Assembly (NCBI RefSeq): GCF_006345805.1
Contig: NC_043000.1
Span: 59,768,001-59,832,000, forward strand
Reading direction: 5' to 3'
Source of the DNA: Octopus sinensis
Taxonomy: Eukaryota
DNA length: 64,000 nt
Position 1 is the first letter of the stretch. Each line of letters opens with the position of its first letter. The notes below the pieces were generated by a model that worked only from the letters and a program-made list of their open reading frames with translations, had not been told where the DNA came from and did not search any database. Positions 1-11,807 of the stretch are shown here, piece by piece. The position numbers and the translations under genes were made by a program.

Positions 1-109
1 AGCAAGGAATTGGCTCTAGTACACTTTAAAAAGTCACAAACAGAATACAGATAGCAGGATATTTTGCATACATAATAAATTCTGCCATCAGTTTATATAA
101 AGTAACTTG

Positions 110-110
<1 letters not shown>

Positions 111-154
<44 letters not shown>
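111..154. repeat. (TG)22 microsatellite
   Basis: Uninterrupted TG dinucleotide run. Confidence 0.98.
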
Positions 155-158
<4 letters not shown>

Positions 159-224
159 CATGCACATGTGTGCTATGCACAGCAGAGTAAATTAGAATTA
201 CTGAAAAAAATTTAGGTATTACAC

Positions 225-1305
225 AGCTGCAGGCAATGTACTATTGAGTTCTTCAGGAAGGAGTACTGGCTGTCTGACATTCACAGAAGGATACAGGTTG
301 TTTATGGAGATGACACTATTATCATGAGCAATGTGCATAGATGGATGAAGTTTAAAGAAAGGAAAAGCAGCATTGAAGACAAATCATGAAGTAGGAGTGC
401 ATCAATTGTGACTGTTTATATGAATCACCAGCAAGGGAACAAATTGATTTGCACAGGCAGATAAGACACAACCCAGAGCTGGTTGATCAACTAGATTGTC
501 GTCACAAAGCATTACAGATGATGGAAGACTTTGGAGTATCAGAAAGTATGTGCAAAGTGGATAGCTTGGCAGTTGACACCTGATTTGAAAGAGATAGAGA
601 GACGTTCACTCCAATCTGCTGGAAACATTTGAAGCCAATGAAGACCCCCTTTATTTTTTCAACCTGATCAAATGACAGGGAACAAAACAAAACAGGTATA
701 TCTTTATGACCAAGAAATGAAGGCTCAGGCCATAGAATGATGTCATACCTCTTATGCAAGGCCTAAGAAGTTCAAGAACACAGAAAGTAATGGTGACTGT
801 TTCTGGAGATGATAAGAGCATCCTTCTCTTTGATTTTTCTGGAATGTGGCTGTATCATGAACAGCCAGAAATACACTGAGATATTCAAAAAGCTTAGAAA
901 AACCAGGAAGAAGGAGAAACTGAATAAGAATCTGAAAACGATCTACATTCACCATACAATGTGCAACCACACACATCTTTAGCAATAAATCAGGCACTCT
1001 GCAAACTATGATGGTCAGTGATACCCTGTTCACTACACAACTCAGATCTGGCACTGTCTGATTTTCACCTGTTCAGTCCAATGAAGGACAGTCTTCATGG
1101 ACTATGATTTCATGACACAGATGAAATGAAAGCAGCTGTGAAGAAGTAGGTACAACAGTGCATACCTGAATCTTTTCAAAGTGAATTTCAGATAGGGGTT
1201 CAGTGATGGCACAAATGCATCACTTGTAACCGAGACTATGTTGAGAAGTCTCTTTGTATAAGGGATTAGGTATTCCACCAACATACATGCTATGTATGAC
1301 ATGCC
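225..1305 (+). mobile_element. Decayed mariner (Tc1/mariner, DD34D) transposase copy
   Basis: Manual translation across stops and frameshifts gives IEFF..DIHRRIQVVYGDD (HTH), YQKVCAKWIAWQLT (WVPxxL-like), YDQEMKAQAIE*CHTSYARPKKFK, KVMVTVSGD, H[D]NVQPHT, HNSDLALSDFHLF (YSPDLAPSDFHLF-like) and WHKCITCNRDYVEK. There are 34 residues between the second and third catalytic D. TIRs not resolved. Confidence 0.92.
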
Positions 1306-1411
1306 AGTTCATAAAAAAGTGAAGCCTACTTATGCATTACTTTCGGTGTGTGTGTGTGTGCATAGAATGTGTGCATGCATGCATGCAAGTGTGTGTTTAT
1401 ACATACACACA

Positions 1412-2265
1412 CAGAGTGAATAAACTGCCATCTAAATTACACAAAAATGAAAATAATACTGACATCTCATTTTAACGGATACATTTACCTAAATTACATA
1501 ACAATATCTTGAAATACTAAAGAGTAAATTTATTCAATAAAATCACCATTGACTTCAACCACGGCCACCAAACAATTTCAAACTCTCCTGCAACTCTTTG
1601 GGATGATCTCCTTGCTTAAGTTGGTGCATGCTGCTATAGTCCTTGCCTTTGGTGTTACAAGGAATTTTGTTGGTCTCTCGCTTAACCATGCCCCACACAT
1701 AATAACCAAGGGGATTACAGCCTGGGGTGTTAGGTGGTCAGATGTTAGGGGTGATGTGGTCACAGAAATTGTCTGACAGCCATGACTGGGTTCTCCTGCT
1801 TGTGTGACATGGTGCAAAGTCCTATTGCCAGACACAGGGTCTTCCAGCAGCCACCCTCTTCACCCAAGGCAGCACTACCTCCTCCAGGCACTTGATGTAG
1901 GCCTCCATATTGAGTCTGAGGCCATGTGAGAAGATGAATGGGGGCATAACATTGCCATCACTAGTGATCACTTCAAACACCATGATGTTGACTGGATGTT
2001 TGATTTTTATCACTCTTAGTACATATCTTCAGACTGACACCCAAACACTCTGCAATGTTCATACTGCAGCTTCCAGCATGAATGCCAAGCAGTACAGCAT
2101 GTTGTTTCCAAATTTCTGGCAGAGTGAATTGCATCATGGTGTTGTTTTTCTCACAGATGGTGCCCAACTGCCCCTACTATACTGTGTAGCTGACAAAATC
2201 AAAAACAAACAATGAGCATGCATGAAATTAAAAATATAAAATGATAATTTACCCATCGCACCCTG
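1412..2265 (-). mobile_element. Internally deleted maT-type (DD37D) Tc1/mariner element
   Basis: Minus strand: N-terminal HTH (ORF 1973-2167) joined directly to the catalytic half KHPVNIMVFEVITSDGNVMPPFIF..WVKRVAAGRPCVWQ*DFAPCH..I*PPNTPGCNPL[G]YYVWG. 37 residues separate the D from the mutated third D. TIR CAGGGTGCGATGGGTAAATT ends at 2265; a degenerate partner CAGAGTG..AATAAACTGCC starts at 1412. Confidence 0.88.
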
Positions 2266-2323
2266 CATGTGTGCATGCATACGTACGTACGTATGCATGC
2301 ACACATGCAGGGTGCGATGGGTA
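2250..2323. repeat. Perfect 74-bp palindrome including 16 bp of the maT TIR
   Basis: Checked base by base: 2250-2323 equals its own reverse complement, centred in ACGTACGTAC. Confidence 0.97.
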
Positions 2324-2788
2324 CGTACGTACGTACGTACGTACGTACGTACGTACGTACATACGTACATACATACATACGTACATACATACATACGTAC
2401 ATACATACATACATACATACATACATACATACATACATACATACATACATAACATACATACATACATACATACATACATACATACATACATACATACATA
2501 CATACATACATACATACATACATACATACATACATACATACATACATACATACTACATACATACATACATACATACATACATACATACATACATACATAC
2601 ATACATACATACATACATAATACATACATACATACATACATACATACATACATACATACATACATACATACATACATACATACATACATACATACATACA
2701 TACATACATACATACATACATACATACATACATACATACATACATACATACATACATACATACATACATACATACATACATACATACA
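2323..2788. repeat. Compound tetranucleotide microsatellite (TACG)n grading into (TACA)n
   Basis: About 465 bp with a few single-base interruptions; source of the YVCM/HTYI pseudo-ORFs. Confidence 0.98.
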
Positions 2789-3105
2789 TGAAAAGCTCAG
2801 AAGGGGTAAAATGACACTTTCAGAAATGAAGGGCTGTATGTATGATAGTCATTGGAAGAAACATCTCCTTGTATTGTCTGGCATATGTTTTTCATGCATG
2901 TGCATGTAAGTCCTAAACATTAGCCTAGCCATTTTTGTTTTTTCTAATACCATACAAAGAGAAAAAAAGCATCCCTGAAGAGAGGTGTGCACTGTTTGTT
3001 AAAAATGAAATTACCAGCATGTAATGCATTCCTTGAAACCAGATTGTTACTACATGGTACATGCTGTGCATTTTTAACAATGATGTTAAAAGAAAAAGAG
3101 AGAGC

Positions 3106-3113
3106 TATTATTA

Positions 3114-3160
<47 letters not shown>
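3106..3160. repeat. (TAT)n microsatellite
   Basis: Trinucleotide run with two TAT>CAT variants. Confidence 0.97.
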
Positions 3161-3544
3161 TTGCAAAATATGAATATCATAATAATTAACTATTCTCTGC
3201 CAATGCATTTCATAACAGCCTCTGTATTTCTCTGTATTTTGGAATTTTACAGCCATTAGAGGACCTGTAAATTTAATAGGTGAATTTAAATAGGTGTTTG
3301 TGTGTGTAGAGGTATTTTCAGTAAATATTTTTAGTACTCTTGAAACATATTATGTTCATGTCTGACTCTTTCATCATCTCAAAATCTTTCAACCATAATG
3401 GATTTAGAATTCAGAACAAAAATTCTATATTTATATACACGAGGAAACCTTAATTTTAGCACATATGTTATAGAATCAGTTATAGAATGCTTTTCATGTA
3501 TTTTTAATATTTCTTAATAAATCAGTAGAGTATCAGAGAAAATT

Positions 3545-3690
3545 CCTTGTGGTATTTATTTGCACCTCTTTATGTTCTCATAATGTCACTGAGGTCGACT
3601 TTCTCTTGCATCTTTCCATCTGGGGCCAATAAAGTAAGTATCAATCAAGTACTAGAGCTGATATAATGAACTTGCCTGTCTGTTAAGAAT
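3545..3690 (+). mobile_element. Degenerate tRNA-derived SINE (GTCGACTTTGCCTTTCATCC-core family)
   Basis: gaggtcgactttctcttgcatcttt..aataaagtaagtatcaatcaagtactagagctgat, similar to other copies in the window (~26.4, 39.3, 41.3, 46.6, 47.3, 50.2, 57.2, 60.4 kb). Confidence 0.7.
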
Positions 3691-4246
3691 GAGTAGTTCT
3701 TAAAAAGAAAAAGTTATTTGACTGAAAGAGCAGAGCACTATATAATAAACCTTAATTTTCTTTACCATCATATATTCAAGCTGTTGATATAGATAGTAAC
3801 ATAAGAAAATAAGTGTGTGTGTGTGTGCACGTGTACCCATGCACACACACTGTCAGACTAAAGGTTCTGTCTGAGAAAAAAAAGGAAAGTTTTCCTTCTT
3901 CCTGGTAGTAAGCTGGTTTAGTTCATTTTGAAACTCTTTGTGCTTCCTAATTGCTAACAGACCATCATTTATATCCTTAGATCCAAGCATTTACTTTAAA
4001 ATATGGATAGTATTTTGTTACCAACATTAAAATTGAGGAAGTTAAAAAGATTACATGTCTGAGAAAGGTCTTTTGTGATATTCAAAAAACAAAATGACAG
4101 AGTGAGGTAACTAGATCTTTTGTCATGCATGCACACTTGAAAATTAAATTAGTTAAATGTAGTTATACATTTGTAACAAGATATCAAACTTTATACTGAA
4201 TGTTATATATTCAAAAAGTAAAAAATAAGTATTGCATAAAAATTAC

Positions 4247-4288
4247 CTTTCCTTGCATGTAATAAAATAACATCAAACTCCAACTTAC
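4247..4288 (-). other. Candidate 42-nt exon starting with a regenerated 5' splice site (recursive-splice-type exon)
   Basis: Minus strand: ..ttttttttctttttacttttacag|GTAAGTTGG..GGAAAG|gtaatt. Open in two frames: VSWSLMLFYYMQGK and xKLEFDVILLHARK. Confidence 0.4.
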
Positions 4289-5850
4289 CTGTAAAAGTAA
4301 AAAGAAAAAAAAATTAATATTCATTTCAAATGAAAATTTTATTGCTGTACAATATATGAAAATAGAAATTATTACCAAAGATCAAAACACATCTATTGGT
4401 GATGAATGAAATAAAATTTTTTTTAGAGAGAATGAACTGCAGTGTTTACTTCTCTGGTGAAGTGTGAAATCCATGGCACCTAATGACTAGTAGAGACACC
4501 ATATTTTGTTATGTAACCATAATATACTAGAAAGACTATTAAATGCTTTTATAAGTCAATACAGTGTTCTACTGTGTTAGCAGTGCTATTAAATCACTTG
4601 TTAAGGTTATCTTTATAGGTTTACTATAGAAATTATAGCCAGCACTGATTTGTTATCTATAGAGATAACCATGACACCCAAGGAGAAAATATATGGGTTT
4701 GAAGATGTTCATGTCTTTCTCACTTATCCTCACTATAACTGACTCATAATCACAGATTAGAAGCTAAGTTCACCAACTCTAAGTAGGTAACATTTGAGGG
4801 AAAATTACAAACAACATTGCAACATAGAATTAATGAATATTGCTTGTATTTAAAAGGATCTAGTTCTGATGGAAAAGGTTACCTGAAATAGATCTGTGTG
4901 CTAACCAATGAATGAGTCATCTCTCATCTACTTAACCAGAGATAAGATAAACTCCTAATGGGTCCTTGTGAATTAGAAAAGGATTAACTGTTGGATTTGA
5001 GAAAATTGTGTTCTAAGATTAGATGCACAGTGGTTGGTGATTTTATATCAGAGGAAAACAGTGGAACCATAAAGCCCAGGAGGTAAGAATCTTAAGAATC
5101 TGTCATATAGTAGTAATAAGGCAGGGAAAATTAACTTACAGATCTTTGGGTAGCAGATGTTTAGCAAATAAAATATTTAACTTAATACTGAAGCATATTT
5201 ACTAGCTAGCTGTCTTATTATATTCAGAATCTTCTTAGTAAATCAAAATTCCTACCAATTAATATATTCTCAAATCAAAATATCACAATCAAATGTTTCT
5301 CTTTTTATGCCATTTATTCAATAAAATAAAAACTAGTAATCTATGTATCAAAGCTGATTCGATTCATCATACCACTCTTTTTTTTTATATATACATAATA
5401 AAATGCTAGCAATATGTGAATTATAAAATTCCTTTTGAATGATCTTCAAAATAACATCATCATTACCAACATCAACAGTTTTTATGACTTGAAATAAGTA
5501 TTGAGAAAATGTAAATAACAGCAATTCATAAATTTCTCACTATGCTGTCAAATCCTTTGTGAAGTAGGAATAATGTTCTTAGGACAGTATGATAACAGAT
5601 TCAAAACAACCAACTGATTTAAATTGAAGCCAATAAAACCTTCCTACCAAACTGGAAGAAATAAATGGAACTTGTCAGTTGTCCAATCAACAGAACTACT
5701 TACTCATTAAATAATGATATATGACTAAGTTATTCTCCAGAGACATGTACCCTTAATATAGACATAATCTGTATAACACAGTGAGTGATAAGACCTTTTG
5801 AATTAAAAAAAAAAAGGTATGCTTTATCTGTAGAACAGTTTTGTTCACAG

Positions 5851-6195
5851 GGTAAGGGTAAAGATCCACTTCAGTCAAGAAAGACCATGGGATTGTACCT
5901 AAAAAGTTGCCCTCTGAGGCACAAGTCCGGGCAAGGTTGTTTATGGAAACCAGCAGTCACCCATGCATACCAAACTCCCTTCTCCATGCCACCAATGTTA
6001 TCCAAGAGAAAGGCAAAAGCCAATACAGCTTGGCACCAGTGATGTTGCAACTCATTTCTATAGCTGAGTGAACTGGAACAACATCAAATGAAGTATCTTG
6101 CTCAAGAACACAACACACAGCCTGGTCCAGGAGACAAATTCACTACTTCATGATTGTGAGCCTGATGCTCTAACCACTGAGCCATGTGCCTTCAC
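5851..6195 (-). mobile_element. tRNA-derived SINE, near full length
   Basis: Minus-strand head GTGAAGGCACATGGCTCAGTGGTTAGAGC (A box) with a degenerate B box. Central core is shared with the SINE at 44872-45178. Confidence 0.85.
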
Positions 6196-7159
6196 TTTGT
6201 TCACAAGGCTTGATAGAAAACACTTTTCCAAAATACCTCTCAGTGGGATCAAACCTTGAACCTTAACATTGCATAGTGAACTATTTAACCATTTCGTCAA
6301 GCATACACTCTGCTGGAAGAAATAGATCATTTATTAACTGATAAAAGTTTTAACAGTTCCACTATTCCTTCATTCTTAAACCCTCTCCTCCATTATCTTT
6401 ACTTCTGTGACTGAATAATACATGATACTGTTTTATCAAAAATACTTTACAACAAAACTAGCTGAAATATTATTTAAGAAATTAGAAAAAAAAATCAACA
6501 AGAACTAAGTGCTTCTTTTATTTTCATATGTTGTTTACTCCACATCTGGATCTCTAAAAATGAATACATGTGTGAGAATGTGACTACAACAGATACAATC
6601 TATGTAATGATATAGCTCAATTTATCTCTTTCTTTCTCTCTCTCTCTTCCCAAACATATATGCCTGTATGTGTTTATACACGTATGCATACAAGCATACA
6701 CAAATACATAGATATAATACACATGCACATAAACATACAGATAGACAGACACACAGGCACACACACTCTTCAACCAAAACTAACAACAAACAACATTCAC
6801 AGCCATCTGAAAATACAGAAATGTGTTAAATAGTTGTACTATTAACATAGTGTTTTTGAAATGGATGTAATCCTTTGGATATAAGAATAAATAAGCAAAT
6901 AAATATATAAACAAATAAGTGAACTACTAGACAAATGAAACACACACAAACATTTTACATTTCCTACTTCTTTCCATAACTTAATGCTCCCGTGAAGCTA
7001 ACAATCTAAAAGCGGACAGTTCGAATATGAGACATCATGGCAATGTCAGTTTCTAAACTTTATCAAGGCATCAACATTTTAGATATGAACAACTAATACA
7101 TACACACATATTCACACATATTCATACATATGCACACACACACACACACACACTCCCCC

Positions 7160-7194
<35 letters not shown>

Positions 7195-7912
7195 CAGAGA
7201 TGTATGTTAATTATAGGTATAAGGAAATTTTAGATTTATGCATATGGAGGATCTTTATCCAGAGAAAATAGTATTGCTACTAATATAACCAAGGAAAAAA
7301 ATCATAGTAGCATACAGTAATAGTTACAGTATTAAGAATGGAACCAAAATAGGGACATTACTATTCCAATTCCACTTCCACTCCATTTCCCAGGTTTAAC
7401 ACCACTGCCTAGCTTTTAGGTGCCTTTAGCAGAATCAACTTGGTTGCAGGCATTCAGTATAGTTCTCTGGTCTGAAGACAACTCTTCCTTTTACCCCAAC
7501 AGTCTTGAGGGTGTCACAAAAAGATTATAGGTGCTCTTCCGACTAAGCCATGGAAAATAATTAAAAGGAAGATAGAATTATGCTGTAATATAATTTTATT
7601 CTATCTAACAATACTAACTGATATCTAATTCTACAGTCAAAATGCTAGATTTAGAAATGTTTTCTTTGATTTATTTGTTTTCTTCATCAAATAAATCACT
7701 TTTCACATCAATAATTTGTACTTGGATTTTTATCATAAGCTCTGCATTTTCTTACATCATTATTACAAAATTTCTGATCGCAAATACTTTTGCCATTGGC
7801 TCTAATATTTTTGCCATGATATCACTAGATTCTTCCAGCATTTCCTTTTTACAGGAATAGGTTGCAATTCCATTTCCTCTGCAGAAGGGTACTATTTCTT
7901 GGTGGGGGTGAG

Positions 7913-7975
<63 letters not shown>
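7913..7975. repeat. (GA)n microsatellite
   Basis: GA run with one extra G. Confidence 0.97.
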
Positions 7976-7978
<3 letters not shown>

Positions 7979-9099
7979 ATTCAACACTACAATCTGATGA
8001 AACACTTACAAATCATACAATGCTGTATTCATTAAAGGCAGAGAGTTCAACTACTCTGAGGTACTTACAGTTAAGAGGACCTTTGTTGTTGTTGGAGAGT
8101 TAAGTGACATGATTGTGAAGACAAAACAAAATCATAAACAGTGTAAGTAGATCTAATCTTTCTGTTTATTACCTAGTGTCCTGACAACTAGGCAATCCAT
8201 CTCTACTACCACCATCATCAATTCAATGGACATGATTATATCCATTTATCTTGTCACTGGCACTGTCTTGTATTCATAATCAGGATACTCAGCAGTAACA
8301 ATAAAATTCACTTTAGTTAGGTATCAAAGAAAAGCACAATTCAGTGTGTTAGCAGATGAAAAGATAAATCTCATCATGGAGAGGAAACCAATTTGTCACA
8401 GCTAACATTCTCAGGTGATTTATAATCTATTTCTCATAGCAACCAAATAAAATAGTGTCTTGACCAAAGTTACAAGAAAATACATTTTGAACAAACATTT
8501 TGAAATCATGGCCTATGAGCAGTTGGTCTAATATCTTATGCATTCTTCTATTCTATCTCTATACAACCATAATACAGAGTCTCCACAATGTCATTTGACC
8601 TGCTGGAAATAGCAGTAGCAGTGCCACCCACAAATTACATGTTATCATCTTAGGAAAAGGATAGACACATTGGTTAATGTGGTCCAAGATACACTATGCC
8701 AGAATTAAAAGTAAAAAAAAAAAGGCCATGACAAACCTGAGGTAAATTGCAACAATAAGTAAAAACAACACCACCATCACTACCACCACTGAATATGAGA
8801 TGAATTAATTTCTAGAGCTGAATTGTCAAAAATCAAAAGCAATTGGCTCTTAAAGCATTAGCCTATTTTTGAAAGTATTTCATTTTCATTCCCTTATGAA
8901 GCTGACAAAATAATGAACATTCTGAAGTTCCCATTTTAAGTCACAATTTAGATTTTGTGGAAAACTGGGTAGTTTGGGTAGCTGACTATCATGTTATGGT
9001 GCTGTGTCACTTACCCACAAAATAGGTGCTTCTAGGCAAATGTTAAAATTTAATCAAGTGCATGCCATCTTTGCTAGCATTAAAAAACCCAACAAAAGC

Positions 9100-9225
9100 T
9101 CTATGGTTAGAAAACTTCTCAACCACATGGTTTTGGGTTCATTCCAACTGTGTAGGACTTTAGCTGAATTGATCAAAGCTTTGTAGGTAGATTTGATAGA
9201 TAGAAAACTGAAAGAAGCCTACCAT
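9100..9225 (+). mobile_element. Internally deleted SINE (AACCACATGGTT..GGAAACTGAAAGAAGCC family)
   Basis: caaccacatggttttgggttca..agatttgatagatagaaaactgaaagaagcc followed by a TG-rich tail; sister copies at 11070-11231, ~15.4, 27.9 and 32.3 kb. Confidence 0.75.
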
Positions 9226-10681
9226 GTGTGTCTGGGTGCATGTGTACAAGCATGCATGTGTGTGCATGCATGTGTGTGTGTGTGTGCATGCATGCTCTTG
9301 TTTTGATGTCATACAATAGTTATATTTTCAATCTCCTGCAAAAACATATCTGGCCATGCCAAAATATTGCCTTACTTGAAACAGTTAATTTCTGTTTCAC
9401 AAGCAAGTGTCATATATGAACATACAGATTTGGGAATTAATTAACTAGAATTGAACAAACTATTTTTTTATATTCTTTGTCATATTATGCTACAATTCAT
9501 TTTAAGTAAACTTTGTTAGAATTTTGCAATTTTCTTTACACACACACAGATGTGCACACACATATGTATGTAGTTTTGTATCAAAAACAAACCTCTCATA
9601 CAATTGGTCCATTGTCCACATTATACATTCATATGAATCACTCAATGTCAATATTGCAGATAAAATCTACAGTATTTAAATAGATAACCAAATAAAATAA
9701 TGGGATATTTTCAAAGGATAGATACGTGTTACATATAATAAAGTGGACTTGGTGGAAAATAATACTTAATCTTAAATAGCACAAGCCCACAAATTAATAT
9801 GTTAACATAATCTATCGTTAATCTATTAACAACATTAGAATAACTAAAGACCTGTTAAATTAAATTTATTCTTTTTTTTAAATGGAAAATAAAAATGTCA
9901 ACATATATCCAGCAGAAGGATAAAAAAGACTATCTAGCTACAGGAGTAAATAACTGAACGAATAGGATTATTTTGAAAAATTCAATAGTTGTGTTTGCTA
10001 TTGACAACCTGGGTTTCATTCTACAGTAATACAAGAATTGCGTCTTTCTTTGTTCTCGGCTGGTGTACTAAATAAGTGTATGTGTATGCTTGAGTTGAGA
10101 ACTGAGATTAATAATTATACTACTGAGGCTATATTTTGTTGAATAGTTCAATTGTTGTCTTGATAGACTCACATTCAAACATTTATTGAATTAATAATTG
10201 GATATATCAAGCCCATAGTCCTATTGATCAAATCTTAAATGTAGGAGTCATACGGTGCACTCTAGATTCACAAAAATGAGAGAGGCAATTTGTGAATGAG
10301 ATTTTAAGTTTACTGGATGTTTGACATATTTATTTGGAAGTTCACTGCTTTGGGTTCAAAGTCATTATATCCTCTGAATGAGAGGTTTTCTAAATGATCA
10401 CTCAATCTGCAAGAAATAACAGCCAAATCCTTCAGATCACATTCTGCTATTTTTAGACAAGTAAGTGGCATACAAAATGATGGTCATAGCTGGAATGCCT
10501 AAAATCACATGTGAGCTTAAACAAGACTGACAGGGTGATAAATACCAACAATCACTAATGGAAAGAATAGCATAGTAGATTCTTCAATAAGGGTAGAGTG
10601 AAAAGTAAATGCTGTTCTCATGAGTGGAAATTCATTTTAGTGATATGATTGTGTCCATTTTTGGATTAGGAAACATATGTA

Positions 10682-10682
<1 letters not shown>

Positions 10683-10729
<47 letters not shown>
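10683..10729. repeat. (CA)n microsatellite
   Basis: Pure AC run. Confidence 0.97.
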
Positions 10730-10730
<1 letters not shown>

Positions 10731-10849
10731 CTAACAAGCTAACATAAACCCATGAGAAATAACTCATTCCCCACCCACCACAAAAGATGCTATAATTTTT
10801 CACTATGTTTCATTACATTTCTTTTCAACACTGAACCATTCAGAGCTTA

Positions 10850-11045
10850 TTCTTTTATTTGTTTCAGTCATTTGACTGCAGCCATGCTAGAGCACTGCCT
10901 TCAGTTGAACAAATCGACCCCAGGACTTATTCTTTGTAAGCCTAGTACTTATTTTATCAGTCTCTTTTGCCAAACCGCTACATTATAGGAATGTAAACAC
11001 ACCGACATTGGTTTTCAATCGATGGTGGGGGGACAAACACAGACA
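10850..11045. mobile_element. Short interspersed repeat (TTTCAGTCATTTGACTGC..GGACAAACACAGAC family)
   Basis: Begins with the hairpin cagtcatttgactg and ends in a CA-rich tail. Recalled as an abundant Octopus repeat; partial copy near 37.3 kb. Confidence 0.7.
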
Positions 11046-11069
11046 CACACACACACACATACATACACA

Positions 11070-11231
11070 TGACAAGTTTCTTTTAGTTTCTGTTTACCAA
11101 ATCCACTCACAAGGATATGGTCAGCTCGAGGCTATAGTAGCAGACACTTGCCCAAGGTGCCATGCAGTGGAACTGAACCCAGAACCATGTGATTGGAAAA
11201 CAAGCTTCTTACCACACAGCCATGCCTGCAC
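11070..11231 (-). mobile_element. tRNA-derived SINE
   Basis: Reverse complement reads ggtgcaggcatggctgtgtggtaagaagcttg..ggttctgggttcagttccactgc..ggatttggtaaacagaaact, with A/B-box-like head. Confidence 0.85.
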
Positions 11232-11764
11232 CTATATATATATATTTTTCAGCATAAAAGAGGTTATGCACTTCCAACCAGCATGGCTAAATTGTCAATA
11301 TTGCCTATTGCAACAGTTGGCTTGAAACCAATGGTCAAAATCTGACAAGCTATATGCTATAACTGGTAATATACTACTTGATGATAAATAAAAATATATA
11401 CACATAGAGTGTTCTTTTCTTTTGACATATTGACAACTAACTGATAATATAAATATACACACACATACACACTTTCATATAATCAGACGGACAAGAATGA
11501 TTTCAGTTCCAAATTGTAAATTGTCAATTTTAGAAAGATACCAAACATTTTATATGTAACTACACACAACAATTTTCTCAATATCACAGCTGTAGCATAA
11601 AACAAACTTTAGCAAAGGTTAACACATCTGAAATGAAGGAACTCAACATATGCAATGTCATATATATTTTGGTTTATAACCCAGCAATGTAACTACTGGT
11701 TGTATGTCTCACAATGTTGATATTTGTCTTTGAATTTCCTTTCAGTTAAATTTTATTTTGATTT

Positions 11765-11767
<3 letters not shown>

Positions 11768-11805
<38 letters not shown>
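11768..11805. repeat. (TA)n microsatellite
   Basis: Pure TA run. Confidence 0.97.

Positions 11806-11807
<2 letters not shown>

Noticed and set aside
502-1302. Minus-strand ORFs of 66-100 aa
   Set aside because: Antisense frames of the mariner relic.
2134-2909. Long ORFs (up to 222 aa) of YVCM/HTYI repeats
   Set aside because: Stop-free translation of the (TACA)n microsatellite; not genes.
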